A DNA stretch of 64,000 nt from an archaeon. GTDB taxonomy: Archaea; Iainarchaeota; Iainarchaeia; Iainarchaeales; JAAZKV01. Each line of letters begins with the position of its first letter. The first letter of the stretch is position 1. Positions 1 to 8,029 of the stretch are shown here, piece after piece. Location of the stretch: positions 205,731 through 269,730 of the forward strand of contig JBAZYC010000001.1 of NCBI GenBank assembly GCA_041659525.1, read 5' to 3'. The translations under genes were made by a program, and so were the position numbers. Under the pieces are notes generated by a model. It was not told where the DNA came from. It made no database searches and saw nothing but the letters and a program-made list of their open reading frames with translations.

Positions 1-3000
1 TAAACTTTTTCAATTAATTCAACAAATCCATTTAGTGACATATACCATTTAGTTTTTCCATATTTGTTTGGCACAGAAGTCATACCTAAATTAGTAAACA
101 TCCCCTTGTATGCTGGGTTATCATCAATTTCAAATAACAAACTACTTTTGTCTTTAATTTCATTACTCTTTAATACATTACTCATTGACCAAAGCGCCTT
201 ATCAGTAGGTTTTTGTATAGGCATATTATAATCTGCAGTTAATGGAGGATTTACTAACCTATAAGGATCAGCAATTAATCCTTTATCCCCATTCAAATAA
301 TAATTCAAGTCCCCATCTTTGCACAAACTTATTTTTGGCCCAAGTGCTTCTCTATATAATTTATTCAAATCATTATTCTTCATGTTTAAATCTTCTGTAG
401 AAGTAATTTGAAGATTTAATTCATTAAATCTCTTTAGTAAGAATGCTTTCAACATTTCAGCGTTACAGAATTTAGTTGTACAATCAACTGGAGTATTCCA
501 ATTTAATTTTGTTGTTTCTATTAAGTTCATTCCATATGCTGTGGTGTCTGTTCCGCATGCTTTTGCTGCTGATCCTGCTCGGATTATTGATTTAACTACT
601 TCAGTATTAACATATTGAGTACATCCTTTGTTTTGTGCTAGGAATCTATCTGAAATACTGGTTGCTTGTGCAGTTAATTGTGCATCTGTAGAATCTGTTG
701 CTACAAGAGAGCCTGCCATGAATGCTTTCAAATCAGCTATGCACTTAACTTCGCTTCCTTCAGCTACTACCAAACATTGTTCTTCAACATTTCCAGTTAT
801 TGTGTAACCTGGTTTTGTTACAAGTATTGTTAGTGGCCATACTAGTTCTTGTGAATCAAATGTAGCTGCTCTTGATACTGTTCCTTTTACTGGAACACTT
901 ATTAGCAGGCAGTCTTTTGTCATTCCGCTTCTATCTACTTCAACCATTAAATTTGATCCTCTACTATTGTTAATCAAACTTCCAGAAGAAGTTTCGCTTA
1001 CAGTGATTTTTACTCCGCCAGTCTTTGATGGATCTACTGTTGATTGTAATTTGATTCCGTCAAGTAATCCGCAGTTCTTTGTAGCACTTCCTGCTTCTGT
1101 TTGAGTTTCTGCTTTTCTACTTTGGTAATAGTACATGTCATATTGTGGATAAGCTGTACTTGTTTGTGTTGGTGCAGGACCTATTCTTAGTGCTGCTGGT
1201 TCTGCTATGTAAACATATCTTGATCCAACGTAAGCTGAGTCAGGTACTGCTCCAGTTGAGCCAGCGTTTCGAGTTATCCAATAATTTCTAATATCAAGTG
1301 AACTTAGATTTTGACAATCTTTTGGTCTTGCAGTTGGATCTCCCCAGTTAAGTGCTGAGTCAATACTCTCTCCAATTCTCCACATATCTTCAATAGTAAT
1401 TGGGAATTCCATGCATTGTCCAGAACCGTATTGGTTAGTATAAGAGATATTTAAATTTCCGTAAACGTTTGTTCGTGCATCTGTCTCTGTCCCCCATTGT
1501 CTAATGCTTCCTAGTGTTTGGAATGGTCCTGCTTGTTGTGTTCTTGAATCAAATAATTTTCTTTGAGGAATGTATTGTGCACTTGGCATTACTTCGAAAT
1601 CAACTTGTTCAATTGATCCACTATCTCCTTGGATTATTTCTCTAGTTCTTGTTCTTGTTCCTGTTATTAGTGAGCAATTACTTGATGAAGCGCATCCACT
1701 TTGTTGAGTGTATTGTGAGTAAGAACTATATTGCGAATTAATTGGATAAGAGCTTGCATATTGTGATTCCATTCCTACTTGGAAGTAAGGTACACTTGAT
1801 TGCATTCCGTAAGTTGAGTTAGGAGCAGAGCATTCTATTGTTGCCATGTTATTTCCTCTTGAAAGCATTACTCCTGTATCATAACAGTAATTGTAAGCAG
1901 TGTATTTTTGTGGCTTATAGATAAATGAATTTAGATTAATCATTGTTACATTTGTTTTAATACAATCTTTGTCAGTGTCTCCAAGTTTTCTTACTAGTAC
2001 TGATACATCTGCAACTTTTTTCTTTACCTCTTGTGAGCCACTTGCTTTTGCATTTACTTTAATAGTGTATTTTCCTAAGACATATCCTGGGCTTACTATT
2101 ATTGTTGCATCAGAGTCTTTTGAAATTGTAACTTTTTCTTCTGAAACATTTACTCTTGAATCAGGATCTAAATCAATTTCTATATCCACTGTACAAGAAT
2201 TTTTAATTGTAAAAGAATTTTGTTGGAAACTATTGTTAGCAGTTGCTCCGCTTTGTCCAATACCACTATAACCTGCCCCATATCCCATGCTTCCGTATCC
2301 ACCCATACTCATTCCAGGCATCATCATGCTACCCATTCCGTATGGAGAAGATCTATTAGAGAATCCACCGTATAAAGATAATTGTGGAGAGTAATTACTT
2401 CCCATTAGTGCGCCGTAACCCATATTCCATGGAGCCATATCTAATATTAGTCCGCCAATTGGTTTGTCTATTTCAAGACACTTTGAAAGATTGCTCATTG
2501 TTGTGCTTGTTTTTATTTGTGCTTCTACTTTTTCAACTGACTTGTCTTCAAGAATATTTTTTCCAATAATTGAAATTGTAAAGTCTTGTGCTCCGCTTGC
2601 AACTGTTCCGCTTGGAATAAATGTAACAGTTAAATCTTCTTCTGCATTCTTTTCAAGATAGTCTCCTAACTTAGCGTAACTATCAGTTAGTGTTCCATTT
2701 GATAGTCCTTTTCCTGTTATTGAAATTGTTCCAAACTTAGCCGATTCACTTAACTTTGCTTCTAAATCATTTAGTGCAATATCAGTTCCTTCGGCAGTAC
2801 AAGTATTTGTTAGTGTAACTGTTTTTGTTGCGTTTCCATTCGCAGTAATGAATTCTATTGTTGCTGGATTAACTTTTAGGCACTTTCCACTATCAATCAT
2901 TCCGGGCATTGATAATCTTACAGCAATATTTATTTCGCTAGTGAATGATTGGTTTGTTCCGCTTATTTCTGAATTAATTATTAATTTTCCAGTTAGATCT

Positions 3001-6000
3001 TTTGGTTCTTTTAGTCTCATTGCGTTGCTATTTAGTTTCATTGATAAAATATAATTTCTGTCTTTTCCTTGTTCAATTACTGTTCCGTTTATTGTTCCAT
3101 TGAATTTAATGTCAACGTAGCTCTTTACGTCCCCATTTATCTCTGCGCTAGTTATTTTTACGTTCTTTGCAGTATCATTTTGAATTATTACTGATTCTTC
3201 TAGTCCAGTTATTTCTCCAATTTTAATTGTTTCATTTATTTGTGGAGGAGTAATTGTTAGTACTGAATCATCCACTATTTTTACAAATTCTTGCGAGTCA
3301 TATCCTTCTTTCTTTGCTGTAATTGTAATTTCGTCTCCGATTCTTGGTTCAGCTAGTTCGTACATTGCTAGTCCTTCTCCAGTTGTCTCAACTGTTGAAA
3401 GCAGATCTCTTCCTGATTTAATTGAAACCATTACTCCATCAAGTGAATCGTTTCCATCAGTTGCTTCAAAGAATAAAGTGTTGTTTATGTATGGAACAAT
3501 TACTTTTGGAACCATATCAAAAGTGAATTTCTTATTTGCTTTTACATTAATTGTAACTGTTTCATCTAACTCTGATTTTGAACTAGAATTAATTGCTAAT
3601 TTAATTCCACTTGTTCCTGATGCACTTGCAGTAAATAATATTTGTATTTGTATTGGAGCATCTATTCCTACAGTTCCAAGATTAATTGTTTTTTCAGCTT
3701 GTTCCGCTCCGTTAACACTAATTGCATTAATATCAATGCTCTTTCCTTGTACGCTTAGTACTGCTCCAACTAGTGCTTTTCCACTATAGTTTGTCAAGTC
3801 TGCAGTTAGTAAGTATTGTACTCCTTTCTTTGCTTCAATTGTTCCATTAACGTATTTTGTTTTTCCTGCTTCGCTTCCATCAAGTATTTGTAGAGTATAA
3901 GATTTGCAGAATGATCCAACGCATTGATTTGTTGCTCCTGCTAGTAGTACTCTTTTCTTTGCAGTCGAGTATAATTCGTTTGTGCCTGAAGAAGTTGATT
4001 GTGGATCTTTAATTATTGATCCTCCTTTTGCCCAAGCTCTATAGAATAAATTTAGTGGAGCATTTGGATTTGTTTCAGTAACAGTTATTTCTGCTTCTAC
4101 TTCGTAAGTTCCTTCTTGTGGATTCTTCCAAACAGAATTTGCCCACTTAGCATTCCCAGTTGTTAAATTCTTTGCATCTTTATCATATCCACTTGGCGGA
4201 GTGTAAGTAGTTCCCATTGTGATTCTTCCTGAAGAATCAATTTTGCTTAAGTATAATCCGTCTTCTTCCATTAGGTTAGTTACGTTTGCTGTTTCTTTTC
4301 CTGTTCTTAAGTGTAATCCTGCTTCAGTGAAAGATCCTTTTGGTACTTGTACTATTGTTCTTACTGTGTAAGTTCCTTGTGCTACACTTGCTGCGCCACT
4401 TTCTGTTTTTGCTGATACTTCTGCATTCCCACTATATACTCCAACTAGAGTAGCAATGATTTGTGCACTTGGTCTTACTAAAATTATTCCTTTTTCAGTT
4501 CGAGCATTTGCACTAGAATAAATTGCTGATGAAAAGTATTTTGAAAATCCTGTGCTTTCTACTACAAAGTAAACTTTCTTATCTGCTCTAAGAATAAATT
4601 CTGCTACCCCATCAGAGGAAGTTAATTTTGATTGTCCTTCTTGTGTTGAAGTGAAATAATTCATTGCTTTTACGCTTACTCCACTCAAAGGATTTTTTTC
4701 TGGATCAAGTACTTTGATTGCGATTGTTCCTTCTCCAATATCAAATACTACTTCTAAAACTTTTTGTGTTCTTGGAACAATTTGTATGCTTGTTGAGTTA
4801 ACACTTCCAAATCCTTCTTTTGAAACTGTTGCCATGTAAGATTTTGTTAATTCTAAATTGAAGAATTCTGCTTCTCCGCTCGCACCAGTAGTTTTTTCTC
4901 CAATTATTGGTTCAGCTGGATCAATTTTCTTTAGTACTACTCTTGCATTATCAATTGGGTTCTTTTTTCCATCCACTACTTTTACTAAAATAGAATTGCT
5001 TGTTGATGCATCTACTTTTGTAAGTAAAACTTCTACATTGTCTCCAGCTGTGGCAGCTTTTGTTTCTCCAATTACATATTCTGGGTGATCTACTGTTACA
5101 ATATATTCTCCATTTTCTGCTACATCAAAAGTTACTTGTCCCGTAGCTCCAGTTAATTTTGTTCGTACATCATTACTATTAGTTGCAAGTGTTAGTTTTA
5201 CTTCTGCTCCTAGAATTGGATTATTATTAGCTGCGTCTCTTACTATTACTTTTGTTGTTGCTCTAACTGCTTTTTGTAAAGTTACATCAAATTGAGTAGT
5301 AGTGTCTTTTAGAACATCTTTTACTTCCCCAATTTTGCTTCCATCATAACTAGAATAATTTCCATCTGGAGAAGTTATTAAAATATAATATTTTTTTACA
5401 GGAACATTATCAAATGAAACAATTGCTGTTCCTAGTGAAATATTTTCTATTGGTGCTGTTCCGTCCATTGGAACTAATTTTACTCTTAAACCAGCAGGAA
5501 CACTAGTTGAAGATTCAGCTGTAATTGTTACATTTACTTTTCCAAATGTTTGTTCTATTTCTTCTACTGTTACTGCTCCGTTCCCCGAGAATGATGCAGT
5601 TGCGTTAACTAAATTATAATTTTGTAAACTTAGCACTTCTATTTCTTTACAAGATGGACTTACTGTTGCTTGGAATACTCCATTAGTATAATTTGCTACT
5701 GATTCTTCGTTTGCTCCTTTGCATTTGTAAATTAAACTTCCGCTTCCACTAATTAGTGAGCCATTTGCTGTTTTTAAGTAAACTGCTTTTGAAATAGTTG
5801 CATCTTCTAAGCTTAAAGTAAATTCTTCTTCAACATTACCATTTAGAGTTATCTCTCTTGTTTGAGTTGCACTATTTTCTTTATCAATTTTTATTGAATA
5901 ACTTCCATTAGGGAGTAAGAATACTACTTTTCCATCAGTGCTTGTTGTTTGATTTCCTTTTTCAACATCATTTTGGAGTACTATTACTGTAGCTCCTTCG

Positions 6001-6254
6001 ATTGCACTTTGAGTATCATCAGTAACAATTACGCTTAGAGCAGAATTTCCGCTTGAAGTTATTACTACAAAGAGTAATAATAATATTAAAATAAGAATAA
6101 CTATTGCTAAAGGGAATGTTGGAATGTTTTTTTCTTCTAAAGCATCTACTATATTTCCCACTGCAGGAACTTTTTCACTAACGCCGTCCACTAAATTGTA
6201 CCATTTGTCTTCTAAAGAGTAGTAAACATCTTTTAGTGATTCAATTGCAGCCAT
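1..6254 (-). CDS. Giant membrane-anchored surface protein, paralog A (GP-A); 5' end complete, 3' end beyond window (>=2084 codons)
   Basis: Absent from the ORF track because no stop lies in the window. ATG at 6254 (plus-strand cat 6252-6254) sits 5 nt after GGTTGGG. Hand translation: MAAIESLKDVYYSLEDKWYNLVDGVSEKVPAVGNIVDALEEKNIPTFPLAIVILILILLLLFVVITSSGNSALSVIVTDDTQSAIEGATVIVLQNDVEKGNQTTS.. This shows an EDKWY motif, one TM helix, then a CarboxypepD_reg/PEGA-like beta-sandwich unit. I hand-translated nt 3-780 in the same frame and found it open (..QCLVVAEGSEVKCIADLKAFMAG..AKACGTDTTAYGMNLIETTKLNWNTPVDCTTKFCNAEMLKAFLLKRFNEL..NPAYKGMFTNLGMTSVPNKYGKTKWYMSLNGFVELIEKV). The track lists no minus-strand ORF fragments in 1..6254, consistent with one uninterrupted frame. 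Confidence 0.85.
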   Translation of the reverse strand, partial: MAAIESLKDVYYSLEDKWYNLVDGVSEKVPAVGNIVDALEEKNIPTFPLAIVILILILLLLFVVITSSGNSALSVIVTDDTQSAIEGATVIVLQNDVEKGNQTTSTDGKVVFLLPNGSYSIKIDKENSATQTREITLNGNVEEEFTLSLEDATISKAVYLKTANGSLISGSGSLIYKCKGANEESVANYTNGVFQATVSPSCKEIEVLSLQNYNLVNATASFSGNGAVTVEEIEQTFGKVNVTITAESSTSVPAGLRVKLVPMDGTAPIENISLGTAIVSFDNVPVKKYYILITSPDGNYSSYDGSKIGEVKDVLKDTTTQFDVTLQKAVRATTKVIVRDAANNNPILGAEVKLTLATNSNDVRTKLTGATGQVTFDVAENGEYIVTVDHPEYVIGETKAATAGDNVEVLLTKVDASTSNSILVKVVDGKKNPIDNARVVLKKIDPAEPIIGEKTTGASGEAEFFNLELTKSYMATVSKEGFGSVNSTSIQIVPRTQKVLEVVFDIGEGTIAIKVLDPEKNPLSGVSVKAMNYFTSTQEGQSKLTSSDGVAEFILRADKKVYFVVESTGFSKYFSSAIYSSANARTEKGIILVRPSAQIIATLVGVYSGNAEVSAKTESGAASVAQGTYTVRTIVQVPKGSFTEAGLHLRTGKETANVTNLMEEDGLYLSKIDSSGRITMGTTYTPPSGYDKDAKNLTTGNAKWANSVWKNPQEGTYEVEAEITVTETNPNAPLNLFYRAWAKGGSIIKDPQSTSSGTNELYSTAKKRVLLAGATNQCVGSFCKSYTLQILDGSEAGKTKYVNGTIEAKKGVQYLLTADLTNYSGKALVGAVLSVQGKSIDINAISVNGAEQAEKTINLGTVGIDAPIQIQILFTASASGTSGIKLAINSSSKSELDETVTINVKANKKFTFDMVPKVIVPYINNTLFFEATDGNDSLDGVMVSIKSGRDLLSTVETTGEGLAMYELAEPRIGDEITITAKKEGYDSQEFVKIVDDSVLTITPPQINETIKIGEITGLEESVIIQNDTAKNVKITSAEINGDVKSYVDIKFNGTINGTVIEQGKDRNYILSMKLNSNAMRLKEPKDLTGKLIINSEISGTNQSFTSEINIAVRLSMPGMIDSGKCLKVNPATIEFITANGNATKTVTLTNTCTAEGTDIALNDLEAKLSESAKFGTISITGKGLSNGTLTDSYAKLGDYLEKNAEEDLTVTFIPSGTVASGAQDFTISIIGKNILEDKSVEKVEAQIKTSTTMSNLSKCLEIDKPIGGLILDMAPWNMGYGALMGSNYSPQLSLYGGFSNRSSPYGMGSMMMPGMSMGGYGSMGYGAGYSGIGQSGATANNSFQQNSFTIKNSCTVDIEIDLDPDSRVNVSEEKVTISKDSDATIIVSPGYVLGKYTIKVNAKASGSQEVKKKVADVSVLVRKLGDTDKDCIKTNVTMINLNSFIYKPQKYTAYNYCYDTGVMLSRGNNMATIECSAPNSTYGMQSSVPYFQVGMESQYASSYPINSQYSSYSQYTQQSGCASSSNCSLITGTRTRTREIIQGDSGSIEQVDFEVMPSAQYIPQRKLFDSRTQQAGPFQTLGSIRQWGTETDARTNVYGNLNISYTNQYGSGQCMEFPITIEDMWRIGESIDSALNWGDPTARPKDCQNLSSLDIRNYWITRNAGSTGAVPDSAYVGSRYVYIAEPAALRIGPAPTQTSTAYPQYDMYYYQSRKAETQTEAGSATKNCGLLDGIKLQSTVDPSKTGGVKITVSETSSGSLINNSRGSNLMVEVDRSGMTKDCLLISVPVKGTVSRAATFDSQELVWPLTILVTKPGYTITGNVEEQCLVVAEGSEVKCIADLKAFMAGSLVATDSTDAQLTAQATSISDRFLAQNKGCTQYVNTEVVKSIIRAGSAAKACGTDTTAYGMNLIETTKLNWNTPVDCTTKFCNAEMLKAFLLKRFNELNLQITSTEDLNMKNNDLNKLYREALGPKISLCKDGDLNYYLNGDKGLIADPYRLVNPPLTADYNMPIQKPTDKALWSMSNVLKSNEIKDKSSLLFEIDDNPAYKGMFTNLGMTSVPNKYGKTKWYMSLNGFVELIEKV

Positions 6255-6393
6255 TTATTCCCAACCAACACAACTTAAGTTCAATAAACTTGCCTGTAAG
6301 TTTGTGAAACAAACTTATTCACTATACTAATATACTATTCAGGGCTTTATTAACTTAACTTTATTCTATAATCTGTTTATACTTTATCTTTTA

Positions 6394-6428
6394 AGTGCCT
6401 GTACTCCTCATTAGGAGTGCCTGTACTC
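6394..6428. repeat. 13-nt direct repeat pair with a central hairpin, intergenic (between the pilin-like gene stop and the GP-A start)
   Basis: AGTGCCTGTACTC occurs at 6394-6406 and 6416-6428. The junction forms the palindrome CTCCT-CATT-AGGAG (6404-6417). Function unknown; it could be a terminator or an operator. Confidence 0.8.
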
Positions 6429-6444
6429 TTTCTTTTTATTTATT

Positions 6445-7899
6445 TTAAGTACAAGTTCCGCTTGAACCTACTCCTGTTGAAGTGCAAATTCTTCCTGAAC
6501 TTAATAAAGAAGGCCCTGTCACGTTTTGAGTTCTTGTCATTGCTTCGTCACTTACTCTTATTTGGTAAACATTGCTTTTTCCCCCATCATAAGTCCCTTT
6601 TACGATGTAAGCTAAATTGTCTTCTTTATATGCAAGGTCTGCTGAAACCCCTGTTATTTTTCCACATTTTAATAAAGCTCCTGCACTAACTGCTCCTGAA
6701 CCTGTTTGTACAATAAATTTCGCTTCTTGACCTGTAGAAATTCTTAATCTATAAATTCCACAATTATTAATTGCTCTTTTTCTTTGTGGGTCTTCAGGGG
6801 GTAGAGTGGTATTTAAAATTTTAAAATCTCCACTCGTTAAATCAAATGCATCCGCATCAAGTAAGGCTTGGCAAACTACTTCTGATCCTTTTGCAAATAA
6901 TCCTTCATCTCCCGCTCGAGAATCTCCCGCAGTGTATTCAGTTACCCCTAATATTTCAGCAATTGTTACTTTTAATGTTCCATCACAAGGTTTTGCCCAA
7001 CTACTCAATCCTCCAGCGAAATCTGAATTTGGTTGGCAACCATTACAAAAACCTAATTCATAACTATCTAAATCATCATGTGCTTCTACGAGTCCATTAG
7101 CAGCTTTTCTTGCTTCGTTTAGTGCTTTAAAAAATCTTAATGGAATATAAATTTTCAAATTTGTTCTTGGAAGTATAGCCATTTTTATTTCTTCATTTGT
7201 AACCAAATCTTTTACTACAATTCGAGGAAGTGATTCATATGCTTCGTCACTTAATTTGTTTAATGGAATGTTAAAATAAAAAGTTCCCAGTGGACAATCA
7301 TCTTTAGTGCATCCTACTACATCCAAAAAACTTTCATCAGCTAAATTTGCTTCACTAACCGCACTTTTTACTACAGTGTAAAGCGCATTTTGTGCATCCA
7401 CTCTATTTTTGTATCCACTTAAATAAATACTAAATCTTCCATAAGTGTCTTCATTGAATTGACTAATAGTATTATCTGCAACGAATCTAATTGCTTTGTC
7501 AAATCCTTGTCCTGTGTTTGCGTCCATGTAAAGTATTGATTCTTCAAAAGTTTTTTTTACATCATCAAAAACAAATTCTTTACCAGGTTGTCTTAGTACA
7601 AATAAATTAAATCCTTGTTCTTCTTTTAATTTCGAATCACTATAAGAAAGAAATCCTTCTAGTTGTTCACGAAAATTGTAATTAAATGTCTGTAACGCAT
7701 CTGCTCTTGCAATATTTGCCGCATCCGCGAGTTGGTAATTATTTAGCATTGAATAAATTTGTCTACTAGTTTTTTCTTCAGTAGTAATTAGAGTACTTGT
7801 TAACACTACTCCAGTCATAATTAGGATAGTTGCAACTATCGCAGAAAACATATTGAATCCGCGTTCGTGCGAAAAACTTTTTTTAAAAAACTTTTTCAT
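6445..7899 (-). CDS. Secreted type IV pilin-like protein (archaeal class III signal peptide), 484 aa
   Basis: Track ORF 6445..7908 starts at TTG. The first ATG (7899) gives MKKFFKKSFSHERG|FNMFSAIVATILIMTGVVLTSTLI. That is a basic n-region, R-G at -2/-1, then a ~22-residue hydrophobic stretch, matching the prepilin-peptidase (PibD/FlaK-type) substrate pattern. The rest is a large Cys-containing soluble domain ending ..GRICTSTGVGSSGTCT. I recognise no family for the globular part. Confidence 0.6.
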   Translation of the reverse strand: MKKFFKKSFSHERGFNMFSAIVATILIMTGVVLTSTLITTEEKTSRQIYSMLNNYQLADAANIARADALQTFNYNFREQLEGFLSYSDSKLKEEQGFNLFVLRQPGKEFVFDDVKKTFEESILYMDANTGQGFDKAIRFVADNTISQFNEDTYGRFSIYLSGYKNRVDAQNALYTVVKSAVSEANLADESFLDVVGCTKDDCPLGTFYFNIPLNKLSDEAYESLPRIVVKDLVTNEEIKMAILPRTNLKIYIPLRFFKALNEARKAANGLVEAHDDLDSYELGFCNGCQPNSDFAGGLSSWAKPCDGTLKVTIAEILGVTEYTAGDSRAGDEGLFAKGSEVVCQALLDADAFDLTSGDFKILNTTLPPEDPQRKRAINNCGIYRLRISTGQEAKFIVQTGSGAVSAGALLKCGKITGVSADLAYKEDNLAYIVKGTYDGGKSNVYQIRVSDEAMTRTQNVTGPSLLSSGRICTSTGVGSSGTCT

Positions 7900-7968
7900 T
7901 AAAATCAAACAAAGAAATGTATTAAGTAGTTAAAAAGAATTTGCTCTAGAAGAAATTAGTTTAAAGTT

Positions 7969-8029
7969 TTATTGCGGGCAATTAAACTTCATTTCAAACA
8001 ATTATTGTGGGCAATGTTATTGCGGGCAA
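7969..8029. promoter_or_regulatory. Three copies of near-palindromic TTATTG(C/T)GGGCAA, spanning the GP-B stop codon and the region upstream of the pilin-like gene
   Basis: Copies at 7969-7981, 8002-8014 (one C>T change) and 8017-8029. The core TTGCnnGCAA is an inverted repeat. Copy 3 encodes the last codons and stop of GP-B (..FCPQ*). Copies lie 70-130 nt upstream of the 7899 ATG on the same strand. Confidence 0.7.

Noticed and set aside
1969-5088. Six plus-strand ORFs of 61-103 aa (1969..2271, 2384..2569, 2464..2661, 2848..3054, 3478..3789, 4858..5088)
   Set aside because: All lie antisense inside the uninterrupted GP-A reading frame. Their translations are L/F/S/I-rich low complexity, as expected for the antisense of a T/S/V/G-rich gene. 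None has an SD motif or a recognisable family.
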